From the NCBI GenBank assembly GCA_027021385.1, contig JALUUL010000008.1, positions 87,469 to 151,468 on the forward strand: a DNA stretch of 64,000 nt, read 5' to 3'. The translations under genes and the position numbers were made by a program. Below the pieces are notes generated by a model. The model was not told the DNA's origin and did no database searches. It was given only the letters and a program-made list of their open reading frames with translations. Source of the DNA: Planctomycetota bacterium. GTDB taxonomy: Bacteria > Planctomycetota > UBA1135 > GCA-002748355. This document shows positions 47,885-62,083 of this stretch, piece by piece. Position 1 is the stretch's first letter. Every line of letters starts with the position of its first letter.

Positions 47885-48571
47885 TCAAGCGAGGACCCGG
47901 TCGGGCCGGGCGCCCCCTCCTCCCCGGGATTCGCCGGGGTTCAGGATCCCTTTCAGGGCCCGGACGGCGTGATGCATCCGGGACTTCACGGTGCCCTCGG
48001 GGATCTTCAGGAGGTCGGCGACCTCCTTGTAGGGAAGATTCTGGAACACGGCGAGTTCGAAGACGAGCCGGTGGTGCATCGAAAGGCGCTGGAGAGCGGC
48101 CTGGAGTCGATCCCGGTCCTCGGCCGCGGACAGGGGGTCCCGAGCGGGGGCCGGGGCGGCCAGCCCCTCGAGCAACGGGGAGTCCTCCTCGTGGGCCGCG
48201 GCGTCCAGGGAGAGGAGGCGGGGCCGCGGCCGGCGGGAACGGTAATGGTCGATCCAGCGGTTCGTCGCGATCCGATAGAGGAAGGTCGAGAGTTTCCCCT
48301 GGGGTTCGTAAGTAGCGGCGCCCCGAAGGAGGCGCAGGAAGACGTCCTGGGCGAAATCCTCCGCCCGGTCCCGGTCCCAGCAGAGACGATAGAAGAACCG
48401 GATCAACGGCTCCTGGTAACGCGTGACGATCGCGTCGAAGGCCTCCCGGTCCCCGGCCCGGAAGCGGGCCAGCAGGTCGGGATCGACCTCGGGGCCGCTT
48501 CCGTTCCCGCCCTGGGGAGCCCCGGGCTCCAAGGGGTTCTTCGGACTGTCGGAGGCCTTCATCGGGGTCAT
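47885..48571 (-). CDS. ECF-type RNA polymerase sigma-70 factor
   Basis: Region 2: DREAFDAIVTRYQEPLIRFFYRL, DFAQDVFLRLL, STFLYRIATNRWIDHYR. Region 4: YKEVADLLKIPEGTVKSRMHHAVRAL. Start ATG 48571 or 48562. The tracked extension to 48841 is rejected. Confidence 0.85.
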   Translation of the reverse strand: MTPMKASDSPKNPLEPGAPQGGNGSGPEVDPDLLARFRAGDREAFDAIVTRYQEPLIRFFYRLCWDRDRAEDFAQDVFLRLLRGAATYEPQGKLSTFLYRIATNRWIDHYRSRRPRPRLLSLDAAAHEEDSPLLEGLAAPAPARDPLSAAEDRDRLQAALQRLSMHHRLVFELAVFQNLPYKEVADLLKIPEGTVKSRMHHAVRALKGILNPGESRGGGGARPDRVLA

Positions 48572-48598
48572 TCTAAGGGATCCGGGCTCATTCGGCCC

Positions 48599-48622
48599 AA
48601 CGTCGGAGGGCCCCGCCGGTTC
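48599..48622 (-). promoter_or_regulatory. Candidate ECF-type promoter upstream of the sigma gene
   Basis: Minus strand reads TGAACC-N-CGTT, i.e. GAAC (48619-48622), a 16-nt spacer, then CGTT (48599-48602), about 30 nt upstream of ATG 48571. It resembles the GGAAC-N16/17-CGT(C/T) pattern of autoregulated ECF promoters. Confidence 0.3.
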
Positions 48623-48675
48623 ATGGACATCCTCGGGATTCCCGGCCCCCTGCCTGAACTCGGCCCTCCCGGCCT

Positions 48676-49176
48676 TCAGAAATCCCCCCTTGCGGCCGCC
48701 TCCTCGAGTCTTCGGAACCGTTCCCCCCAGAGCTCCCGGGTCCCTTCGCAGCGGATTTCCCGGGTCTCGGGCGAGAGATGGGCGAGTTCGACCCGGAGGG
48801 ATCCGGAGGGCCGCGCGAGGTCGTCGAGCCTCGAGGCCCACTCGATCGCGAGGACGGCCCCTTCCTCGAGGCAGGCGGCGAGAGCCTCGTCCATCAGGCC
48901 CTCGGCCCGCCCGGCGAAGTAGGCATCGAGGTGCAGGAAGGGCTTCGGCCCCTCGTGTTCGCAGAGGACCAGGTAGCTCGGGGAACGAACCTCCTCCGGA
49001 GCGATCACCCCGAGGCCTTCGGCGAGCCCTCGGGCCAGGACGGTCTTGCCGGCCCCGAGTTCCCCCTCGAGGAGACAGATCTCCCCTCCACGGAGCAGCC
49101 TCCCGAGAGCCCGGCCGAAGGCCTTCGTCGCCTCGGGGCTCCGGCTCCGAACCCGGAACCGCTCATTCGAATCCAT
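48676..49176 (-). CDS. tsaE: tRNA t6A37 biosynthesis ATPase TsaE
   Basis: Internal ATG 49176 (MDSNERF). Walker A GELGAGKT, SPSYLV, HLDAY. About 166 aa, typical size. Confidence 0.85.
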   Translation of the reverse strand: MDSNERFRVRSRSPEATKAFGRALGRLLRGGEICLLEGELGAGKTVLARGLAEGLGVIAPEEVRSPSYLVLCEHEGPKPFLHLDAYFAGRAEGLMDEALAACLEEGAVLAIEWASRLDDLARPSGSLRVELAHLSPETREIRCEGTRELWGERFRRLEEAAARGDF

Positions 49177-50086
49177 GTTCCCAACCCTCCACCTCGAGAA
49201 GGCGGACCTCGCCCCCGGGCATGCGCAACCGGAGCCCGGGCTCCTCCACGACCCGGCCGATCGGCCGGCGCAGGACCGGCGGAAAGCCCGCCGCCCCTCG
49301 AAGAGCACGGCTCCTCTCGGGGGAGAGTCCGACCAGGAGTTCATAATCCTCCCCGTCCCCCAGGGCCGCCGCGAGGGGGCCGAGCGGCCCCGCCCGGAGC
49401 GGGGAGCGCCAGGCGTCGGGGTGGACCGGGAGCGCGTCGGCCTCGAGAAGGGCCCCGAGCGCTCCCGAGGCTCGAAGCATCCTCGGAAGGTCCGCCGCGA
49501 GCCCGTCCGAGAGATCCATCATCGCCCGGGGCCGGACCTCCGTGCAGAGTTTCCGGGCGAGCGCGACCCGCGGTCGAAAGCGAAGGTGCCTCCCCCCGTA
49601 CGGCGCCCCCCCGAGCCGTCCGCTGACGTGGAGGAGATCACCTGGGCGAAGGCCGGAGCGCCGCAGCCCCCCTCCCCGCGGCGGCCGGCCCCAGAGCGTC
49701 AGCGAGAGTACGGCCGGACCCTCGGTCGAGGAGAGGTCCCCGCCGACCCATTCGAGCCCCCAACTCCGAGCCCGGAGGGCCAGGGCCCTGTAGAAGCGCC
49801 GCCGGCGCACCCGGGGCCAGCCGGGCCCGAAGACGAAGGCCGCGACGAAGCCCTTCGGCTCGGCGGCCATCGCCGCCAGGTCCGAGAGGTTACGGTGGAG
49901 GAGTTTGGCGGCGATCCGGGTTGCCGAAGCACCGGGAGGGAAATGGATCCCCTCGACGACCGAATCCGTCGTGACGAGCAGCTTCCCCCCCGCCTCGATC
50001 AGGGCCGCGTCATCCCCGGGGGAGCGTAATCCGTCGCCGGGAAGCAGGGCGGCGAGATACTCGAGATCCTCCTGTTCCCCGCTCAC
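49163..50086 (-). CDS. thiL: Thiamine-monophosphate kinase ThiL
   Basis: GTG 50086 overlaps the upstream stop (GTGA). GDDAALIEAGGKLLVTTDSVVEGIHF, NLSDLAAMAA, MMDLSDGLAADL, GEDYELL. Confidence 0.8.
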   Translation of the reverse strand: MSGEQEDLEYLAALLPGDGLRSPGDDAALIEAGGKLLVTTDSVVEGIHFPPGASATRIAAKLLHRNLSDLAAMAAEPKGFVAAFVFGPGWPRVRRRRFYRALALRARSWGLEWVGGDLSSTEGPAVLSLTLWGRPPRGGGLRRSGLRPGDLLHVSGRLGGAPYGGRHLRFRPRVALARKLCTEVRPRAMMDLSDGLAADLPRMLRASGALGALLEADALPVHPDAWRSPLRAGPLGPLAAALGDGEDYELLVGLSPERSRALRGAAGFPPVLRRPIGRVVEEPGLRLRMPGGEVRLLEVEGWEHGFE

Positions 50087-50598
50087 GTCCCCCCCTCTCC
50101 GCCGAGGGCGAAGACGATGCGGGCGACGATCCTGGATCTCGGAATCCACCCCTCCGTCCGGGAATCGGGCACATCCGGGCTTCGGTTCTCGTGGAGGAGG
50201 AGATAGCGCCCTTCGGGAACGACCTCCCCGTCCCAGGCCCCGGGAAGCTCGAATCCCGGAGGGATCGAGAGGCGTCCACGGTCCTTCGTTTCGACCCACC
50301 ACCGCCCCTCCGCGCGAAGGATCCGGTCGCCGGGAACGGCGCGCACCCTTGCGAAGTAGAGGGCCCCCTCGAGGGACCAGGCGACGATCCATCCCCGCAG
50401 GAGGCGCTGCGGGGGATCCCGATCGACGAGGTGGCGACCGCCCCGGTGGAGATAGGGTTCCATCGCCCGGACCGAATCCCCCTCGAGGACGAGGAAGCCG
50501 TAGCGCCTTCCGACGGACAGGTAGAGGACCCCGAGGAGGAGGAGGACGACGGCCCAACGTCCCTTCCGGATCGCGCGGAGCAGGTCACCCGCCCTCAT
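50083..50598 (-). CDS. S26 (signal peptidase I)-like protein, apparently lacking the Ser/Lys dyad
   Basis: ATG 50598 overlaps the thiE stop (ATGA). TM WAVVLLLLGVLYLSV. YFARVRAVPGDRI versus canonical YIKRAVGLPGD. ENRSPDVPDSRTEGWIP versus GDNRxxSxDSRxWGxVP. RAMEPYL versus GSMMPTL. Confidence 0.5.
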   Translation of the reverse strand: MRAGDLLRAIRKGRWAVVLLLLGVLYLSVGRRYGFLVLEGDSVRAMEPYLHRGGRHLVDRDPPQRLLRGWIVAWSLEGALYFARVRAVPGDRILRAEGRWWVETKDRGRLSIPPGFELPGAWDGEVVPEGRYLLLHENRSPDVPDSRTEGWIPRSRIVARIVFALGGEGGT

Positions 50599-51227
50599 CC
50601 GAGCGCCTCCAGATAGGCGGCCGTGGCCTCGCCCGGGTCCTCGGCCTCCCCGATCCCCGAGAGCACGGCGACCCCCCGGGCGCCGGCCTCGAGCAGGGTC
50701 CGGCAATGCTCCGGACGGACGCCCCCCAGGGCGAAGACCGGGATCTCCGCGCGCGCCGCGAGCCTCTCGAAGGCCCGGATTCCGAGCGGGGGCCGCGCGG
50801 AGGGTTTCCGGACCCGGAAGACCGGGGACAGGAGGAGGAAATCCGCGCCCTCCTCCTCCGCCCGGGCGCATTCCTCCGCGTCGTGGACCGAGACCCCGAT
50901 CCAGGCGCCGGAACCGAGCAGGCTCCGCGCTTCCCGGACCCCGAGGGACCCCCCGCCCAACTGGACCCCGTCCGCCCCGGCGACCCGCGCGACGTCGATC
51001 CTGTCGTTGACGAGACAGAGCCCCCCACGGGGCCGGAGGAGGTCCCGGACCGCCGGAAGGAAGTCCCGGAGTTCCCGCGCGGACGCCCCCTTCTCCCGGC
51101 ACTGGAAGCCCCGCAGGCCGGCCTGGACGCAGGCCGAAAGCCGCGCGAGGAGCCCGGGACCGACCCCCTTTCCCGGACTGATCCAGAAGAGGCGCGGAAG
51201 GCGGCCTCGCTGTCCGCGTTCCCTCAT
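50595..51227 (-). CDS. thiE: Thiamine-phosphate synthase ThiE
   Basis: FQCREKG, LVNDRIDVARVAGADGVQLG, GVSVHD, ADFLLLSPVF, IPVFALGGV. Confidence 0.85.
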   Translation of the reverse strand: MRERGQRGRLPRLFWISPGKGVGPGLLARLSACVQAGLRGFQCREKGASARELRDFLPAVRDLLRPRGGLCLVNDRIDVARVAGADGVQLGGGSLGVREARSLLGSGAWIGVSVHDAEECARAEEEGADFLLLSPVFRVRKPSARPPLGIRAFERLAARAEIPVFALGGVRPEHCRTLLEAGARGVAVLSGIGEAEDPGEATAAYLEALG

Positions 51228-51246
51228 ACGGGCATCCTACCCCGGG

Positions 51247-53391
51247 TCAGTTCCGATCTTCGGAGCTGGAGGACTCCGGGGGGCGACCGCTCTCGAGGTG
51301 GAAGCCCAGATCCCTCACGAGTCTCCGGAACTCGTCTCGCGACACCCGGTCTCCAAACTCCATCTCCCGAGCTCCGAGTCGTTCTCCGCAGAGTTCCCGG
51401 ACCCGGCTGTTCGCGCAGAGGGCGTCCATGACCTCCCGCCTCCGGGTCCGCAAGCGTCCGTCCTCTCCGAGGTAGAGGATCCCGGCGCGGTCCCCCCAGT
51501 CCCGAATGCTGAATCGCACGTTCTGCGGGAGCGGCGTCCTGCAGCGCTCGCTCAGGACGCGGAGGATCTCGCCGAGGGTCATGCCGTCCGCGAGGGCGGA
51601 CCGCACGCTCTCCTCGGAGAGCTGGAAGCGGAACACCCGGTCCGAACTCCGTCTCCGGCTGAACCGATCGAGGGTGTGAACGAGTTCGAAGGCGTCCGCC
51701 TCGGGGAAGAGGAGGATCTCGAAGTCGGGATTCACGACGAGGGTCGAACGGGCCCCCTCCGCCCCCTGGGCGGGCTGGGTCGCGAGGAGGGAGGACCCGA
51801 GGTCCGAGAGCCGCAACGCGACCGGCATGCCCCCTTCGTCGAATCCGAGATCCACGATTCCGAGGAGGTGAAGCCTGTGGCGCACCCAATGGAAGAGGTG
51901 CCAGGACATCTGCACGAGGTCCTCGTAGCGGAGGTAACGGCCCTGCGCCTTCGCGGCGGCGAACCATTCGGCGACTCCGAGCGCGTCCAGCTGGCTCAGG
52001 TAGGTGTTCCGCGCGAGGTGGGGAAGGTACATCGCGTCGTACCATCTCCCCGGTTCGATTCGGCGGAGGAGCCGGAGGAGGATGCGCCGGAGATGGGTCT
52101 GGTGGAACGGATCCCCCCCCAGATCGGGATCCTCGACCGCGAAGGCGAGAAGGTCGCGCAGCTTGTCCGGCAGGGCGAGGGCCTCGAAGGATCGTCCCTT
52201 CGCCCCCAGGCGGAAGGTCCGTTCCCCGCTGCGGTCGATCCACCTCCGCTGCCTGCAGAAGCGGAAGATGAAACGGAAGATCCCCTCGGGGTCCTCACCG
52301 CCCTCGACCGTGACGAGCCGGGACTGGATGCGCTTCTGCGTCGCCTTGAAGACCTCCCCTTTGACCGTGTAGCGGACCCCGTTTTCATCGACGTAGCGCA
52401 GGAAGCGCATGACGTTCGTCGCGAGGTCCACCCCGGCGACGACCTCCTTCGCCGGGATCCTCTCCCCCTCGGAGGCGCGCCGGCGGAGGAGGGCCAGCGT
52501 GATCTCCTGGAAGAGGATCAGGGTCGGTTCGGCCAGATCGATGCCATAGGCCCGGAGATCCAGATTCCTCCAGGTCCCGGTCAGGGATTCCTCGAGCCGC
52601 TTTCCGAGTTCCGGACCGAGAAGGGCTCCTTCCTCCGGGTCGAGGGCCCGCTCCGCCAGGGTCCTCGGGAGAAGACCGCCGAAACGGTAGGCGGTCGTCT
52701 CGACGAGACACCGGTCCTCCGCGGCGAGACGCCGGAGCCGCCCGCGGATCGCCCCCGGCATCAGGAAGAGCTTGTAGGCCTGCCGCGCGTGCCGCGCCGA
52801 TTTCTCGCGGGTCTCCTCGTCCCCATCCCCCCGCCGGGTCTTGCGGAAATGGCGATCCCCGAGGAAGGCCTTCAGGGTCAGGGGGCCGGCTTCGGCCGGC
52901 CCCTCCCCTTCCCGCTCGGACCCGCCGGGGGAACGAAGGAGTTCCTGGAGCGGGGTCACGAGTTCGCGGCCGAGCCCCCAGGCCGGGCGGCGATACCGGT
53001 CCCAACGATCGTCCTCCAGCGGGAACACGAGCCCCATGTCCGCGAGTTCCTCGAGACGCGCCTCGAGCGCCTGCTGCGGGACCCCCCTCTCCGCGGCCGA
53101 GCGAAGGAGCTGCTCGTGGGTCCTTACCCCGTCCGGGCTCGCGACGAACTCCTTCAAGAGATCCTTACAGAACGGATCCATGCCCTCGAGACGCCGGGCG
53201 AGACGGTCCGGGTCGCACATCGACCCGATCAGGCGTTCGATGCCGTCCTTCGAGGGGGGACTCCGTTCCGGAATCCACCGTTCGTGCAGGGATTCGATAC
53301 GGGCCTGCAGAAGCCCCGACAGGAATTCCTTCAAGCTGATGCCGTTCAACTCGCCTCCCCCCGGTCCGCGGCCTCGCTTTCGGTCTCCCAT
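51247..53391 (-). CDS. XPB-associated protein (about 714 aa) with C-terminal XPB-N-terminal-domain-like module
   Basis: Reading frame is clean from ATG 53391 (or TTG 53349, overlapping the xpb stop). The C-terminal ~165 aa (51250-51750) parallel the N-terminus of the adjacent XPB helicase. The upstream 600 codons of tracked ORF 51247..55194 are shadow-frame junk. Confidence 0.65.
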   Translation of the reverse strand: MGDRKRGRGPGGGELNGISLKEFLSGLLQARIESLHERWIPERSPPSKDGIERLIGSMCDPDRLARRLEGMDPFCKDLLKEFVASPDGVRTHEQLLRSAAERGVPQQALEARLEELADMGLVFPLEDDRWDRYRRPAWGLGRELVTPLQELLRSPGGSEREGEGPAEAGPLTLKAFLGDRHFRKTRRGDGDEETREKSARHARQAYKLFLMPGAIRGRLRRLAAEDRCLVETTAYRFGGLLPRTLAERALDPEEGALLGPELGKRLEESLTGTWRNLDLRAYGIDLAEPTLILFQEITLALLRRRASEGERIPAKEVVAGVDLATNVMRFLRYVDENGVRYTVKGEVFKATQKRIQSRLVTVEGGEDPEGIFRFIFRFCRQRRWIDRSGERTFRLGAKGRSFEALALPDKLRDLLAFAVEDPDLGGDPFHQTHLRRILLRLLRRIEPGRWYDAMYLPHLARNTYLSQLDALGVAEWFAAAKAQGRYLRYEDLVQMSWHLFHWVRHRLHLLGIVDLGFDEGGMPVALRLSDLGSSLLATQPAQGAEGARSTLVVNPDFEILLFPEADAFELVHTLDRFSRRRSSDRVFRFQLSEESVRSALADGMTLGEILRVLSERCRTPLPQNVRFSIRDWGDRAGILYLGEDGRLRTRRREVMDALCANSRVRELCGERLGAREMEFGDRVSRDEFRRLVRDLGFHLESGRPPESSSSEDRN

Positions 53392-55076
53392 TCGCGGATC
53401 TCGTAGCCGTACCCCTGCTCGGCGAGGAAGCGCTGCCTCTTCGCCGCGAATTCCTGGTCCTTCGTGCCGGCCGTCACCAGGGCGTAGAAGGTCGCCCCGC
53501 CCCCGCCGGCCTTGGGGCGAAGGATGCGGCCCAACCTCTGCGCCTCTTCCTGCCTCGAACCGAAAGTGCCCGAGACCTGGATCGCGACGTTCGCGTCCGG
53601 CAGATCGATTGCGAAGTTCCCGACCTTCGAAACGGCGAGAACGGGAATCTCCCGGTTTCGGAAAGCCGTGTAGAGGCGCTCCCTCTCGGCCGTCGGAGTC
53701 CTCCCCGTGATCAGGGGCAGGGCGAAACGCGAGGCGAGTTCCCGAAGCTGATCCAAGTACTGGCCGAGGATCAGGACCTGGTCCCCCTCGTGTTCCTCCA
53801 GGAGACGGGCAACGACCGAGAGCTTCGCGGGATTCGCACCCGCGGCCTTCACCGCGAGTCGCGGGGTCATCTCGAGATAGGCGACCCTCGACGCGGGGGG
53901 CAGGGGCACACGGATCTCGATGCAGCGCGCCGCCGCGATCCAACCCTGCTCCTCGAGTTCCTTCCAGGGAACGTCGTAGCGCTTCGGTCCGATCAAGCTG
54001 AAGACATCGTCCTCCTTCCCGTCCTCCCGGATGAGCGTCGCGGTCAGACCCAGCCGGCGGCGGGCCTGGATCTCGGCGGTCGCCCGGAAGACCGGCGCCG
54101 GGAGGAGATGCACCTCGTCGTAGATGATCAGACCCCAGTCCCCGTCCTCGAAGAGGGAGAAATGCTCGAAGGCCCCGTCCTTGCTCCGGCGCCAGGTCAA
54201 GATCTGATAGGTCGCGACCGTGACAGGAGCCACTTCCTTGCGGTCTCCGGTGTACTCCCCGACCTCGGTCTCCGAGAGGAGGGTCTTGTCGAGGAGTTCC
54301 CGCCGCCACTGGCGGACCGCGACGGTGTTCGTCGTCAGGATCAACGTACGGACCTTGAGGAGGTCCATGACCGCGAGGCCGACGATCGTCTTGCCCGCGC
54401 CGCAGGGAAGGACCAGGACCCCGCTTCCTCCCCGGACCGATCCCCCGGCATGGAAGACGCGGGCGGCTTCGGCCTGGTAGCGCCTCAGGCGGAACGGGGA
54501 GCCGGAGCGCGTCCGCTCCCGGAGGCCGAAGCCCGGAAGGGGCGATCCCCGGCGGTATCCGGCGAGATCCTCGACCGGGTAGCCGAGCTTGATCAAAGCC
54601 TGCTTGAGCCGCCCTCGGTCCCCCTCCTCGATCAGGAAGGAGCCGCCGGGTCCGTCCCGGAGGAGCGGGGCCACGCTCCCCGCCGACGCGAGTTCCCCGA
54701 GGACCTCGGAATCCGCGCCCTCGAGGAGGAGTCGGTCGTCCTTCCGAACGAGCCGCAGGAGGCCGTAGCGCCGATACCAGTCCCGGATCCGCTCCAGGAG
54801 GACCCCCGGCACCGGGAAGCGGCTCCCCCGCTCCAGGCCCTCTTCGAGGTCCTCGAGCCGAAGCCCCGCCGCGGCCGCGTTCCAGACCGAGATCGGGCCG
54901 ACCCGGTAGAAATGCACGTGCTCGGGCGCCTTCTCGAGTTCGGCGAAGAGGGCGAGGAAATCCCGGGCCTCCTCGTAGCCCTCCTGGTCCACCTCGAGAA
55001 GGATCGTTCCGTCCCCCTGGACGATCATCGAGCCGGGACGAAGCTCCTTGCCGGGGTTGTGGATCCTTGCTTCCAA
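53346..55076 (-). CDS. XPB/Ssl2(ERCC3)-family SF2 DNA helicase
   Basis: Motif I VLPCGAGKT, motif II IIYDEVHLL, motif III GLTATL followed by the XPB-specific RED motif (TLIREDG), motif VI GSRQEEAQRLGRILR. TTG start at 55076. Alternative ATG 55028 (MIVQGDGT). Confidence 0.85.
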   Translation of the reverse strand: MEARIHNPGKELRPGSMIVQGDGTILLEVDQEGYEEARDFLALFAELEKAPEHVHFYRVGPISVWNAAAAGLRLEDLEEGLERGSRFPVPGVLLERIRDWYRRYGLLRLVRKDDRLLLEGADSEVLGELASAGSVAPLLRDGPGGSFLIEEGDRGRLKQALIKLGYPVEDLAGYRRGSPLPGFGLRERTRSGSPFRLRRYQAEAARVFHAGGSVRGGSGVLVLPCGAGKTIVGLAVMDLLKVRTLILTTNTVAVRQWRRELLDKTLLSETEVGEYTGDRKEVAPVTVATYQILTWRRSKDGAFEHFSLFEDGDWGLIIYDEVHLLPAPVFRATAEIQARRRLGLTATLIREDGKEDDVFSLIGPKRYDVPWKELEEQGWIAAARCIEIRVPLPPASRVAYLEMTPRLAVKAAGANPAKLSVVARLLEEHEGDQVLILGQYLDQLRELASRFALPLITGRTPTAERERLYTAFRNREIPVLAVSKVGNFAIDLPDANVAIQVSGTFGSRQEEAQRLGRILRPKAGGGGATFYALVTAGTKDQEFAAKRQRFLAEQGYGYEIREWETESEAADRGEAS

Positions 55077-55278
55077 GAGTCGGGAGGGGTGTTGACGGCC
55101 CCCCCGGGAGGGGGCGGAGGGCGGGAAAGCGCCCGGATCGCGCCGTCAGAAAAGCGAAGCATTCTACCCCTGGAACCGGGGAACGGACCAGCACCGCCTC
55201 GAGGGGGCGCCGGACCGTCCCGGGCCATCTTTCCGGCTTCCCCGAATGGGCCTTGACAAGGGGACGAAGGGGACCGAC

Positions 55279-61095
<5,817 letters not shown>

Positions 61096-61142
61096 CGCCC
61101 CTCCATAGGGCCCTCCGCCGCTCCGGGTCAACGCCGGGCTTG

Positions 61143-61175
61143 CGATTCGGAGCGGGAAACCCGGATTCCGAATCG
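61143..61175 (-). other. Palindromic stem-loop between the IMPase gene and uvrA
   Basis: CGATTCGGA (61143-51) pairs with TCCGAATCG (61167-75). Inner CGGG-AAA-CCCG. It begins 6 nt downstream of the IMPase stop (61181). Confidence 0.4.
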
Positions 61176-61180
61176 GCTCT

Positions 61181-62083
61181 TCAGGGGTTCCGCTCCTCCG
61201 CCCGCCCTTTCAAGAGGGGAGCGGCCCGCTCTAGGAGGGGGCTCGAACCCGCGAGGATCTCTCCTCCGAACAGCGCCCCGTCCCCCGAGCCGAGGTCTCG
61301 GACCTCCCCCCCGGCGGCCAGGACGAGCGCGATTCCGGCCGCGACGTCGTAGGGTCGGAGATGGAGTTCCCAGAACAGGTCGTAGATCCCCGAGGCGGTC
61401 ATCGCGAGGTCGATCGCGGCCGAGCCGCACCGCCGGATCCCCCGCACGATCCAGAACATCCGCTCGAAGTTCCCGAGGTTCGGATTCACGCCGGACTCGT
61501 TGCGGTCGTACGAGAAGCCCGTCGCGACGACCGCCTTCTCGAGGTCCGTGCAGCGGGAGACCCGGATCGGGCGCCCTCCCCGCCAGGCCCCCAGGCCGGG
61601 GATTCCGACCCAAAACTCCCCTTTCCCGCCGCGACCGAGCGCCGGGGCGTGAACGAGGCCCAGGACGGGCCGGCCCTCCTCGAGGAGCCCGAGACTGACC
61701 GCCCAGTGGGGATGTCCGTGAACGAAGTTCGTCGTCCCGTCCAGCGGATCGAGGACCCAGCAATACCTGCCTTCCCCGTCGATCTCTCCGGCCTCCGAAG
61801 CGACCCCCTCTTCGGCGAGGAAGGCGTCCTCGGGGAACTCACGGCGGAGGGATTCGACGATCCTCTCCTCGGAGGCCCGGTCGGAGGCGGTGACGAGTTC
61901 CCTCCTGCCCTTGTATTCCGGGTCCACCTGGGCCGCCTCGCGGTTCTCGAAATCCGACAGGAGGAGGTCTCCGGCCTCTAGGCAGACCGCCTCGGCCCGA
62001 CGGAGCCGGGCCCGAAGGTCCGGATCCGCGACGAGATCGGATCGAAGGGGGCCGCCCCCTCCCCCGGGATCGGAGACCGTCAC
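61181..62083 (-). CDS. Inositol monophosphatase family protein (SuhB-like)
   Basis: GTG 62083 overlaps the upstream stop (GTGA). FLAEEG, WVLDPLDGTTNF, WAVSLGL, GSAAIDLAMTASG, YDVAAG. The tracked 582-aa ORF's N-terminal 280 aa are R/P junk overlapping the next gene. Confidence 0.85.
   Translation of the reverse strand: MTVSDPGGGGGPLRSDLVADPDLRARLRRAEAVCLEAGDLLLSDFENREAAQVDPEYKGRRELVTASDRASEERIVESLRREFPEDAFLAEEGVASEAGEIDGEGRYCWVLDPLDGTTNFVHGHPHWAVSLGLLEEGRPVLGLVHAPALGRGGKGEFWVGIPGLGAWRGGRPIRVSRCTDLEKAVVATGFSYDRNESGVNPNLGNFERMFWIVRGIRRCGSAAIDLAMTASGIYDLFWELHLRPYDVAAGIALVLAAGGEVRDLGSGDGALFGGEILAGSSPLLERAAPLLKGRAEERNP

Noticed and set aside
46239-48315. Plus-strand ORFs 46239..47684 and 46375..48315, antisense to the anti-sigma-position and sigma genes
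   Set aside because: Extreme Arg/Pro/Gly content and no domains. The minus strand encodes a recognisable ECF sigma factor and a TM protein.
51228-51246. Possible TPP riboswitch upstream of thiE
   Set aside because: Only 19 nt separate thiE from the upstream stop codon, so there is no room for a THI-box aptamer. thiE appears to be read through from the repair genes.
53392-55194. N-terminal ~600 codons of tracked ORF 51247..55194, which would make a 1315-aa protein
   Set aside because: This part overlaps the XPB helicase gene in another frame and reads as R/G/P junk. A sensible protein begins only near 53391.
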